DNA of 64,000 nucleotides from Candidatus Heimdallarchaeota archaeon. GTDB lineage: Archaea > Asgardarchaeota > Heimdallarchaeia > Heimdallarchaeales > Heimdallarchaeaceae. Shown piece after piece: positions 31,014-39,727 of the stretch. The notes under the pieces were generated by a model. That model worked only from the letters and a program-made list of their open reading frames with translations, was not told where the DNA came from and did not search any database. Within the stretch, counting starts at the first letter, position 1; every line of letters begins with the position of its first letter. The stretch is taken from NCBI GenBank assembly GCA_016839945.1, contig JAEOTE010000007.1:64001-128000 (forward strand). Reading direction: 5' to 3'. A program made the translations under genes and the position numbers.

Positions 31014-31985
31014 TTATATCGTTATATTGAATAGAGGACTGTCTGGTTGAATCAAAATCTTAAAAGCAAACCATCCGATAAACATGAGCACTACAGAGTG
31101 CATAAGACCTGCTTTAATTGACATCTTAGACATTTTTCCTGCCACCAATCCAGAAAAGAATCCTTGAATTGCCAACATGTGCAAGAAGATAATCTCCAAT
31201 GTATCAAGATTAATATCTAAAAGGAACATTCCTGCAGTTTGTTCTGGACCAATATTAGCTGAACCAAACGGTATAAAGAAAGTTTGGAACAATACAACAA
31301 CGACTAGAATGAATATAAGAAAGGATGCGTAAACAATCCAGACATAAGGTTTCATAGCACCTTCTCTTTCTTTCTTTAAATCAAGAAGTGTTTGAACATG
31401 TTTTTCAGTAGCTTCAAAAATATCTTCTAAATTACCTCCAGATCTCTCAGCTTCTAGTATTAGTAAAGCAGCTCTTTGTGCTAAGGGAGTATCGATTGAT
31501 TCTTGAAAATCTTCCATTGCTTTATTGAAAGGGATACCCCAGGATACCTTGCTGGACATCTTTCTCAATTCAGGAGTTAAAGGACCATAATGTCTCTTAG
31601 CAGATTCTTGAATAGCTCTTGGCAAACTCATACCAGTTCTCTGAGCACTGCTGATTTCCCTTAGTAAAAAAGGTAGATTTTCATCAATTCTTCCTTGTCT
31701 CCTTTCTTCTCGGTAAATTATAAGAAATGTAGGAACTCCAACCATAACAATAATAGCGAGAATTATGAAATCGTTAATATCCAAGAAATTAATGAAATCG
31801 TTTGTTACAATTTTCTCGCCTGTTACTGGATCCAGTGTAAATTCGTATGCTATAACATCTATAATACCTAGAACGACTAAAATTAAAGCTGAAACAGCTG
31901 CAATTATCCAATAAATTGTATCTTGAGTTATCTGAAATTCTCTTACTTTTACTTCTACTTCATCACTTATTGCCATTTTTTTCAC
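31014..31985 (-). CDS. Type II secretion F-family (TadC/FlaJ-like) membrane platform protein
   Basis: LPFLLREISSAQRTGMSL, YGPLT, SGG, FFSGLVAGKM. Confidence 0.88.
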   Translation of the reverse strand: MKKMAISDEVEVKVREFQITQDTIYWIIAAVSALILVVLGIIDVIAYEFTLDPVTGEKIVTNDFINFLDINDFIILAIIVMVGVPTFLIIYREERRQGRIDENLPFLLREISSAQRTGMSLPRAIQESAKRHYGPLTPELRKMSSKVSWGIPFNKAMEDFQESIDTPLAQRAALLILEAERSGGNLEDIFEATEKHVQTLLDLKKEREGAMKPYVWIVYASFLIFILVVVVLFQTFFIPFGSANIGPEQTAGMFLLDINLDTLEIIFLHMLAIQGFFSGLVAGKMSKMSIKAGLMHSVVLMFIGWFAFKILIQPDSPLFNITI

Positions 31986-32852
31986 CTACAACTCCGGTTG
32001 TTGAGCGTCTATCAACACTATGATACCCAGCTCTGCTACTGGAATAATTACATATACAAGAACTGCCATGAGGAGTGTGGAATTTCCTCCTGAACCACCC
32101 AACATTGACATCATAGCTAAAATAACTATGAAGAATATTGGAGCAACTACACCAATAACCATAAACAATTCTGCCATTACTCCTAGTGAGTCAATAAAAT
32201 TCTTTTCACTTTGAACCTTATCAGTCATCAAAGTTTCAGTTGAAACTTCAAGATAACGTTGTAATTCTCCTCCAGAAGTAAACGTTCCAACAATTCCTTC
32301 AAGGAAACTTGAATACTTTGGAGAGGGAGATCTTAATGATGCTTCACCTAAAGCATGAACAATATCATAACCAAAAACAGAGATATCTCTAGAGATCTTT
32401 TTGGCATCTTTAACAATCGCTACTCCTATTGTTTCTTGAGTTAGAGCCCTAAATATCCTATCTGGTGTTACGCCTGCAGATGCCATAGCTGTCATATAAC
32501 TAGCAGCTGTTGGAAGGGCTGCTTCAAGTTTTCTTTTTCTTTCTCCAACTAAGTAACTTGGATATATCCAAGTATATACTATCATGCCTATTAAAACTAA
32601 CACTGGAAGAAGTATTACTAAGATTATAGAAAGTTGTTCTTTAACTACTATTTTAATCGCGATTAGGAAAACTAAAGATACTAAAGAAAGTATAGTTGCC
32701 CAGAAAATTCTTACGCTTAAATACATTCGAACACTTTGATCAATTCCAGCTTTTCTCAAAGTTAGTTTAAGTCCTTCAAATTCTGCTAGATGAGGTTCTA
32801 TTATTCTTCCGATATAAGAATAAGCTATTGATTCAATTATTCTTGAACTCAT
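31986..32852 (-). CDS. Type II secretion F-family (TadB/FlaJ-like) membrane platform protein
   Basis: LPTAASYMTAMASAG, RSPS, TSGG; abuts the TadC-like gene. Confidence 0.88.
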   Translation of the reverse strand: MSSRIIESIAYSYIGRIIEPHLAEFEGLKLTLRKAGIDQSVRMYLSVRIFWATILSLVSLVFLIAIKIVVKEQLSIILVILLPVLVLIGMIVYTWIYPSYLVGERKRKLEAALPTAASYMTAMASAGVTPDRIFRALTQETIGVAIVKDAKKISRDISVFGYDIVHALGEASLRSPSPKYSSFLEGIVGTFTSGGELQRYLEVSTETLMTDKVQSEKNFIDSLGVMAELFMVIGVVAPIFFIVILAMMSMLGGSGGNSTLLMAVLVYVIIPVAELGIIVLIDAQQPEL

Positions 32853-33110
32853 TATTTTATCCTCTGTTTTTGAATATGTAAATATATCTACAAAAGTATA
32901 TTGTAGAATGACTATTTAACATTTGCTCGTAGTTAATAAAAGGTTGTATGAATTAAGAAAGTTATTCTAGATGCAAGAAGTTTTTTTCCAATTTCTTTAA
33001 TTATCCTATTCGCAAAAGAGAGCCTTAGGATTGAAAAAACAAAAGAATTGTTATTTTTTTGTTGAATCTATCGCCAAGTATAAAAATGATTATTAGTTAA
33101 TTCCTTTTGT

Positions 33111-33815
33111 ATGTCTTTGTATATTATACAATCAACAGGAGAAATGACTGAATGCGAAAATAAAGAGATTGCACTTTTATCTGAAAATGTTTTGCTTGTT
33201 ATTTCTCATAATCAAAAGAAAATCTATACATGGATAGGTAGAGCATCATCACCTCACTCTAAATTTGCTTGTGCAAGAGAAACAGCAAGAATTAGGATGG
33301 AATTGGGGTATAAAATAGTTAATTTAGAAGAAGAAGCTACAAATGATGATTTCTTAAGTGCAATAGATGAAGCGTGTAATATTACAGGAGCTGCAAAGCC
33401 AAAGCCAAAACCAAAACCAAAAGCAGAACCAAAACCAAAACCAAAAGCAGAACCAAAACCAAAGGCAGAACCTAAAACAAAAGCTACTACTTCAAAAGCT
33501 AAAACAGCTGCAAAGCCAAAACCGGAAAAAACAGAAACTAAACGAAGATATGAATCTGCAGAAGTAAAAACAAAAATTGTAGATGTAGAACACGTGTTAA
33601 AGCAACTAGAAATTCTTCAACCAATGGAGAATAATATTAGAGATTATGTTATTATAGGTGAAACATTATTTATTGCACCCGAAAACCTTGAAAAACCTGA
33701 TTCAGAATCAAAAGTGAGTCTTCCAGATGGATCCTTTGTTGCAGATGATTATATCCCAAGAATATTTTTAGAAAATGGAAAAATCATTGCAATAGAATTA
33801 TGGAGAGAAAACTAG
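33111..33815 (+). CDS. Gelsolin-like domain protein with Lys/Pro-rich linker
   Basis: LLSENVLLV..KIYTWIG..S....F..A..A..EE..DFL pattern of the gelsolin fold; central PK/AEPK repeats. Confidence 0.65.
   Translation: MSLYIIQSTGEMTECENKEIALLSENVLLVISHNQKKIYTWIGRASSPHSKFACARETARIRMELGYKIVNLEEEATNDDFLSAIDEACNITGAAKPKPKPKPKAEPKPKPKAEPKPKAEPKTKATTSKAKTAAKPKPEKTETKRRYESAEVKTKIVDVEHVLKQLEILQPMENNIRDYVIIGETLFIAPENLEKPDSESKVSLPDGSFVADDYIPRIFLENGKIIAIELWREN
33396..33476 (+). repeat. Coding minisatellite (ccaaaa / gcagaa units) encoding PKPKAEPK repeats
   Basis: Directly visible tandem hexamer-based repeats. Confidence 0.85.
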
Positions 33816-34378
33816 TAACCTTGTTTCTCCATCACTTGTTTAGCAATTATAGAATAAATGTCATTTACCCCTTCTCCCAATTTTGCAGAAGATTCAAGAA
33901 TTGTATAACCTTTAGAACCCCAAACCTCATTTGTTTCTTCTATTGATACTACTCGTTCATCATCTAAATCGGTTTTATTTCCAACGATTATTATTGGGAT
34001 ATCTGGGCATTTTTCTTCAACTTCTTCTATCCATTTCTCAATATGATCATGAGACTCTTTTCGAGTAACATCAAATACAATTACTGCACCATGAGCTCCA
34101 GTATAATATCTCTTACGGAGACTGACTAGCTTTTCTTGTCCCACTGTATCAAATAGTACAAGTTTAAGAACAGTATCTTCATCAAATTGTATTTTTTTAC
34201 TGTGAAAATCTACTCCTAAAGTAGGAAGATATGATGAAGAAAAGCGATTTTGAGTATAACGAACAGCTAGACTTGTTTTACCTACTGAATAATCTCCTAC
34301 ATTTATTATTTTGATAATGTAAGTAACATCTGGAGTAAGTGACATTAAGATAGAATAACTTGAATTGTATTTTAGCAT
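33812..34378 (-). CDS. Rab-like small GTPase
   Basis: G1 GDYSVGKTS, G2 PTLGVDF, G3 DTVGQE, G4 NKTD, G5 ESSAK; YYTGA; no C-terminal Cys. Confidence 0.93.
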   Translation of the reverse strand: MLKYNSSYSILMSLTPDVTYIIKIINVGDYSVGKTSLAVRYTQNRFSSSYLPTLGVDFHSKKIQFDEDTVLKLVLFDTVGQEKLVSLRKRYYTGAHGAVIVFDVTRKESHDHIEKWIEEVEEKCPDIPIIIVGNKTDLDDERVVSIEETNEVWGSKGYTILESSAKLGEGVNDIYSIIAKQVMEKQGY

Positions 34379-34486
34379 TTTGATAATATCAATTCAAAAA
34401 AGAAGTCTGTTTATATATCAAATTAGAATAAAGATGGAGTGAGGTTAATATTTTTAAATATTCAAACTCAAAAATAGTTATACTAC

Positions 34487-35206
34487 ATGAACTCTCAGAA
34501 TATAATTAATTCAGATTTTACGATTATAATTCCTACTCTTAATGAAGAGAAATCGATAGGAATTCTTCTTTCAGAAATTGAGAAATGTGCACCTGAAACT
34601 AAAGTTATAGTGTCTGATGATGGTTCAACAGATCGTACATCAGAACTTGTTACTGCATTTGATGGGAATTTAGATGTTTTATTTCTGGATAGAAAGAAAG
34701 AACAAATACACGGGTTAACTATAAGTGTTTTAGACGCAATAAAAACTTGTAAAACTCCTTACTTTCTTGTTATGGATGGTGATCTTCAACACCCCCCAGA
34801 AGCAATTGTTAATTTTTATAGATCACTAGATGAAAACAACGATTTAGTTGCAGGTAATCGAATCAAAGTTGTAGGAAAATGGCCTATACATCGTAAATTA
34901 ATGTCGTATATTGCTGGATTAATGGGAAAGATGACTTTGGTTCTAAAGAAAAGAAGTTCAATTAAAGATATCATGACAGGTTTTTTTGGTTCAAAAAGAG
35001 AGTTGTGGGAACCAATAATTGATAAAGAAAAGGAAAAATTCACTCTTGAAGGGTACAAGGTTCTTTTTGATTTTCTGAAAATCTATCCTGAAAAGCTCAA
35101 AATTAGTTATGTTGATTATGTTTTTGGGACAAGAGATTTTGGAGAATCAAAAATAACTTCAAAAATAATATGGTTATACTTCAAATCTTTATTTAAGAAA
35201 AGTTGA
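34487..35206 (+). CDS. GT2 glycosyltransferase, polyprenol-phosphate mannosyltransferase (Dpm1)-like
   Basis: IIPTLNE, DDGSTD, MDGDLQHPP, R..GESK. Confidence 0.85.
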   Translation: MNSQNIINSDFTIIIPTLNEEKSIGILLSEIEKCAPETKVIVSDDGSTDRTSELVTAFDGNLDVLFLDRKKEQIHGLTISVLDAIKTCKTPYFLVMDGDLQHPPEAIVNFYRSLDENNDLVAGNRIKVVGKWPIHRKLMSYIAGLMGKMTLVLKKRSSIKDIMTGFFGSKRELWEPIIDKEKEKFTLEGYKVLFDFLKIYPEKLKISYVDYVFGTRDFGESKITSKIIWLYFKSLFKKS

Positions 35207-35207
35207 A

Positions 35208-35900
35208 TTAAACTCCTCGTAAATATTGCTTGAAATCGTATACTGTTTCTAAGAATTCTTGCATCATTTCAGGATTCTTTATTCCTGAAATTTTTTCAAC
35301 TCCAGAATTTATATCTACAGCATTAGGAGAAAGAATCTTAACAATTTTACCAACATTTGCAGCTTGAAGACCTCCTCCCACTACAAGGGGCTTTGTAATA
35401 TTTTTCCTAATGTCTTCAACAACAGATATAATTTGTTTCTTTTTCTCTGAAGACTCCCAGCTAGATCCTAGTGGAAGATTGATATTGATTACATGAACAT
35501 ACTGATCTAGTATTTTTGCTGCTTCTATTGGATTAGAGTCAAGTATGTTGGATTCTAGTGTTTCCTTATTGAGAAACATAGAACCAATAACTGGTATATA
35601 AGCCATTGATTGTACCGCTATTAAGTTGTTAACATCACCAAAAAAATTTCCATTTATCTGTATCATCTGAGGTTTGCATGTATCCACAATTTCAAAGATC
35701 TCATCTATCTCTTCAGGCACTATTTCAGCAATTGTTATACAGTTTTCCACATTAGCAAAAATACGTCTTGCATCGAATTTACTAACAGTTCTAATCTCGT
35801 TGATGTCATCTATTATTGTACCTATTGCAAATTCTGAAGAGACATCAACTGACAATGCAGCATCAAAATCTGTTACTCCGGATATCTTCGCAATCCACAA
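35208..35900 (-). CDS. TrpF (phosphoribosylanthranilate isomerase)-like TIM-barrel protein, divergent
   Basis: AKISGVT, GGGLQAANV, AVDINSGVE..G.K; TTG start. Confidence 0.7.
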   Translation of the reverse strand: MWIAKISGVTDFDAALSVDVSSEFAIGTIIDDINEIRTVSKFDARRIFANVENCITIAEIVPEEIDEIFEIVDTCKPQMIQINGNFFGDVNNLIAVQSMAYIPVIGSMFLNKETLESNILDSNPIEAAKILDQYVHVININLPLGSSWESSEKKKQIISVVEDIRKNITKPLVVGGGLQAANVGKIVKILSPNAVDINSGVEKISGIKNPEMMQEFLETVYDFKQYLRGV

Positions 35901-36059
35901 TTTTACGTCCTCAAGTTGTTATTATTAGTTGGATTTTAATACTTTCCGCCTAAATGAAATAACTGGATGATATCCCAAATTTATCTGTGACTTGTCATAT
36001 ATAATTTCCAGATATTACAAAAGACCTTATTATATTACTAACATATTATTCTGATTACA

Positions 36060-36386
36060 TTGACTACAAAAGACACTTTTCTCAATTACAAATTAGAGAA
36101 AGCTATTGCTAGAATAAAAACTCACAGTGGTTATAACAATTCTCCTGTTTTTCTAGAGGTCTGCAATTGTCCTTCAAAAGGGGGTTCTTTGTATTATGAT
36201 ACAAAAAAGCAGTCATATTTTGGTAAGGGAAGCTGCGATCGGGGATTATTATGTTCGCAAATTCAAATAGATAAGCACCAGATTCGAATCAGAAAAAAAC
36301 TTCCATTACAACAATTAACTGAAATTGCAGAGAAAGAAGAACTTAATCAAAAAATCTTACAACCTGAGCCTACTATTAGTCTTTAA
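36060..36386 (+). CDS. Small Cys-containing hypothetical protein
   Basis: 108-aa ORF with CNC and C..C; start uncertain (TTG). Confidence 0.5.
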   Translation: MTTKDTFLNYKLEKAIARIKTHSGYNNSPVFLEVCNCPSKGGSLYYDTKKQSYFGKGSCDRGLLCSQIQIDKHQIRIRKKLPLQQLTEIAEKEELNQKILQPEPTISL

Positions 36387-36487
36387 GCTTGAATCTAATT
36401 AGTAACTGTTGGAAGAAACCCTCTCTATATTTTATATTGGCTTTAGTTAATAACAAGCAAATATTTAAGCATGTAAAAACAAAAATT

Positions 36488-38212
36488 ATGAAGATGAGCG
36501 ACGTGGATGATATTCTCTTTAAAGAATCTCTGATTAATGCTTATAAATATGGAACAGCTGACAAAAATATTGTTCTAAAAAAAATTATGGCTAATTACCC
36601 AAATTTAAGGAGTAAGGTAAAAGAATTAGCACAAAAGTTAGAAAAAGTTGTAAAAGAAGTTAATTCTTTAACAACAGAAGAAGTAGACAGAATAGCTCAT
36701 CAGAAGTATGCAGAAGAAATAAAGGAAGAGAAGAAAGAGAGGGAAGTTTTACCTGATTTACCATTTGCTGAAGAGGGTAAAGTCAAAGTGCGTTATCCTC
36801 CTGAACCTTCAAAACATCCACATGTTGGACAGATGCTTTCATTTTGTATAAATGACATGTTAGCTGAAAAATATAAAGGAAAAAGAGTTTTAAGGTTTGA
36901 TGATACAAATCCTGAGAAAGTAAGAGCTGAATACTATGACAGCTTTCGTGAAGTAATTCATTGGATGAACTTGAAGATAGATGAAGAATCACTAGCCTCT
37001 GATTATATGGAAGTTTATTACGAAAAAGCATTGGATTTAATCAAAAATAATTATGCTTTTGTTTGTTTATGTTCGAGAGAAGAAGTCACAAAACTCAGAT
37101 CAGAAAAAAAACCTTGCTCTTGCAATTTAGAACATTCAGTAGAAAAAAACACTGAACTTTTTGAAAAAATGAATGCAGGAAATTTCTCAGCTGGAGAAGC
37201 AGTGGTTCGTTTAAAAGGTGACATGAAAGCTGAAAATGCGGCTTTAAGAGATCCAATCCTACTACGTATTTCGGAGCATGAACATGCTATACAAGGAGAT
37301 AAATACCATATTTGGCCTATGTATGATTTTGAATCACCAATAATGGAAAATATTACAGGTGTTACTCATATACTCAGAAGTATTGAATTTGGTAAAATGA
37401 GGGAAGAATTACAAAGCTTAGTATCCGAAAAACTTGGGATAACACCTCCACATTTCTTGGAATATAGTAGATTCAAAGTTATAGGAGCCCCTACTCAAGG
37501 TAGAATAATCAGAGAATTGGTAGAAGAGAAAATAGTAACAGGCTGGGATGATTATAGATTAGTAACATACCAAGCACTAAAAAGGAGAGGGATACAGCCA
37601 GAAGTATTTCCAAAAATAATCGAAAGGGTTGGTGTTACAAAGTCATCAACAAGTATAGATTGGTCACTAATTTTCTCAATCAATAGAAAAATAATAGAAC
37701 CAAAAGTAAAGCATCTATATTTTGTTGACAATCCTATAAAGATTGATATCATCAATCCAGAACTTAAGAAAATCAAAATTCCCCTTCATCCCTATAATAA
37801 GGAATTGGGAGAAAGAACAATAGAAATTAATGATGTATTGTATCTTAGTGGAACTGATCAAGATTTGATTAAAGAGAATTCCATAATTCGTATGAAGGAT
37901 CTATACAACATTAAAATAGTGAAAAAACAATCAGCTGATACATTTTCTGCTGAAATTCATAGTCAAGAAATACTAACTGATATTCCAAAAATACAATGGG
38001 TTTCTGATCCTATAGAAGTTGAAATAGAAAAGGCAGAAATGTTATATTTAAATAATCGAATAAACAAAGATAGCTTAAGAAAAGTTCAAGGTTACGGAGA
38101 AAAAAAACTGCAAGAATTACAAATTGGAGAAATAATCCAGTTTGAACGGTTTGGATATACAAAAATTAATAATATAGCAGAAAAAGTACAAATGAACTAT
38201 ATTCATGGTTGA
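36488..38212 (+). CDS. gltX: Glutamate--tRNA ligase (archaeal type)
   Basis: RYPPEPSKHPHVG, LRFDDTNP, WPMYDF, GWDDYRL, IQFERFGY; start moved from TTG 36389 to in-frame ATG 36488. Confidence 0.93.
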   Translation: MKMSDVDDILFKESLINAYKYGTADKNIVLKKIMANYPNLRSKVKELAQKLEKVVKEVNSLTTEEVDRIAHQKYAEEIKEEKKEREVLPDLPFAEEGKVKVRYPPEPSKHPHVGQMLSFCINDMLAEKYKGKRVLRFDDTNPEKVRAEYYDSFREVIHWMNLKIDEESLASDYMEVYYEKALDLIKNNYAFVCLCSREEVTKLRSEKKPCSCNLEHSVEKNTELFEKMNAGNFSAGEAVVRLKGDMKAENAALRDPILLRISEHEHAIQGDKYHIWPMYDFESPIMENITGVTHILRSIEFGKMREELQSLVSEKLGITPPHFLEYSRFKVIGAPTQGRIIRELVEEKIVTGWDDYRLVTYQALKRRGIQPEVFPKIIERVGVTKSSTSIDWSLIFSINRKIIEPKVKHLYFVDNPIKIDIINPELKKIKIPLHPYNKELGERTIEINDVLYLSGTDQDLIKENSIIRMKDLYNIKIVKKQSADTFSAEIHSQEILTDIPKIQWVSDPIEVEIEKAEMLYLNNRINKDSLRKVQGYGEKKLQELQIGEIIQFERFGYTKINNIAEKVQMNYIHG

Positions 38213-39113
38213 TAACATGGTAGAAATTGGACTACTAATATTCCTAGTTTTCATCGCAATATCTTTGATAGTGGCAGCCAGAGCAGCGATAAGAAGCCAG
38301 AAAAAAGATAAAGCTGCAAAGAAACGTTATCGTCCATACCAACCTTATGGTCAAGAGAGAACGATAGATACTCCTACTCCATCAGCTCCTAGAACAGCTG
38401 TACAAACCACTAGTTCTCCTTCTGAATCTCGAGCAGCTTATGCTAGTGCAGATGAATTTTTCAGAGCTGGCATGTATGATAGAGCAAAAGAGGAATATCT
38501 AAAAACAGGGAGAGTTTTTGGCGCTGCAAAGTCTATAGCTGCAAAAGGGAGAGAATTTATTCCTGACTCTTTGGAAATCATTTCTAGATATGCTCCAGAA
38601 AGAGAAGAGGAAATGATAAGAAATCTTTCACGATATTTCTTCGATAGTGGAGAAACAGAAATATCTGCTATAATTTTGTATGATAGTAATTTAACTGATG
38701 AAGCTGATGCAGTTTTAGCAACAATTGGTAAAAGCATTGATGATATTTCCCCAACTGGTGTAGTTGAAGTTAGTGAAATAGAGACTGCAGTTATTTTGGA
38801 AGAAGAAAAAAGTTTGGAAGAATTAGAAGCCATCGCATCAGAAGCTAAAAAAGAAAAAGAAGAAGAAATAGTCATTAAGGAGAAAACTGAAGCCCCAAGG
38901 AAGATACAAACACAACCACTTAAAGTTGCTACCTCAGATTTAGAAGATAGATGCAGTGTATGTTTATCAGTTATAAAAGCTGGAGAAAGTTTTATAAGAT
39001 GTCCTCATTGTGAAATTCCATCTCACTATTCTCACATAGTCGAATGGATTAAGGTTAAACCACAGTGTCCAAATTGTAAGAAAAAACTTGTATCGAAAAT
39101 GTTTCAATCTTAG
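38205..39113 (+). CDS. Membrane-anchored RING-finger protein (putative E3 ligase)
   Basis: N-terminal TM; helical middle; C-terminal CSVC-x12-CPHC-x4-HYSH-xxxW-x6-CPNC. Confidence 0.75.
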   Translation: MVDNMVEIGLLIFLVFIAISLIVAARAAIRSQKKDKAAKKRYRPYQPYGQERTIDTPTPSAPRTAVQTTSSPSESRAAYASADEFFRAGMYDRAKEEYLKTGRVFGAAKSIAAKGREFIPDSLEIISRYAPEREEEMIRNLSRYFFDSGETEISAIILYDSNLTDEADAVLATIGKSIDDISPTGVVEVSEIETAVILEEEKSLEELEAIASEAKKEKEEEIVIKEKTEAPRKIQTQPLKVATSDLEDRCSVCLSVIKAGESFIRCPHCEIPSHYSHIVEWIKVKPQCPNCKKKLVSKMFQS

Positions 39114-39149
39114 TGAAAGAGTTAAAAAGAATGTTTTAATCAAAAAATT

Positions 39150-39635
39150 ATGGTATTTCTCACTCCTTTTCCAAATGAAATTATCAAAGAATTCATACAT
39201 AGTTCTACACAAGAACAGATAGCTGGTTTCGATTTAACTGTAAAAGATATAATGAAAGTACATAATGGGGGATCTTTAGATTTTGATAACACTAATAGAA
39301 AGATTCCAGAACATGAAACATTGGAATCTGAAAATGATATATGGAAATTACAACCTGGAGGATATTTAGTAAAATACAATGAAATTGTTAATGTTCCATT
39401 AGATGCAATTGGAATAGTTTTACCTCGTTCCAGTCTTATGAGATGTGGTGGGACTCTTTGTTCTGCAGTTTGGGATCCAGGATATAATGGCAGAGGAGTA
39501 GGATTACTAATCATATTTACAGAGATGAAAATTCACAAAAATGCAAGAATTGCTCAAATAATTTTCATAAAAACACTCGAAAAAACTACAAAAAGTTATT
39601 CTGGTGAGTATCAAAACGAAAATATTGAAGAGTAA
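39150..39635 (+). CDS. dUTPase / dCTP deaminase family protein
   Basis: GFDLT, PRSSLMR, AVWDPGYNG, RIAQ, YSGEYQ. Confidence 0.88.
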   Translation: MVFLTPFPNEIIKEFIHSSTQEQIAGFDLTVKDIMKVHNGGSLDFDNTNRKIPEHETLESENDIWKLQPGGYLVKYNEIVNVPLDAIGIVLPRSSLMRCGGTLCSAVWDPGYNGRGVGLLIIFTEMKIHKNARIAQIIFIKTLEKTTKSYSGEYQNENIEE

Positions 39636-39727
39636 CTCAAGATTAGGACAAATCTTATCAACTAAAAACGTGAGTTTCTTATATATTAAAATCTGATTAA
39701 TCTAATAGGAATAAAGAAAGTGAAATT

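Noticed and set aside
24547-32852. Archaellum (flagellar) operon
   Set aside because: No flaH, flaF/G or archaellin-type genes; split TadB/C-like platform and minor pilins indicate a pilus
33367-33567. QN-repeat ORF
   Set aside because: Alternative reading of the ccaaaa minisatellite within the gelsolin-like gene
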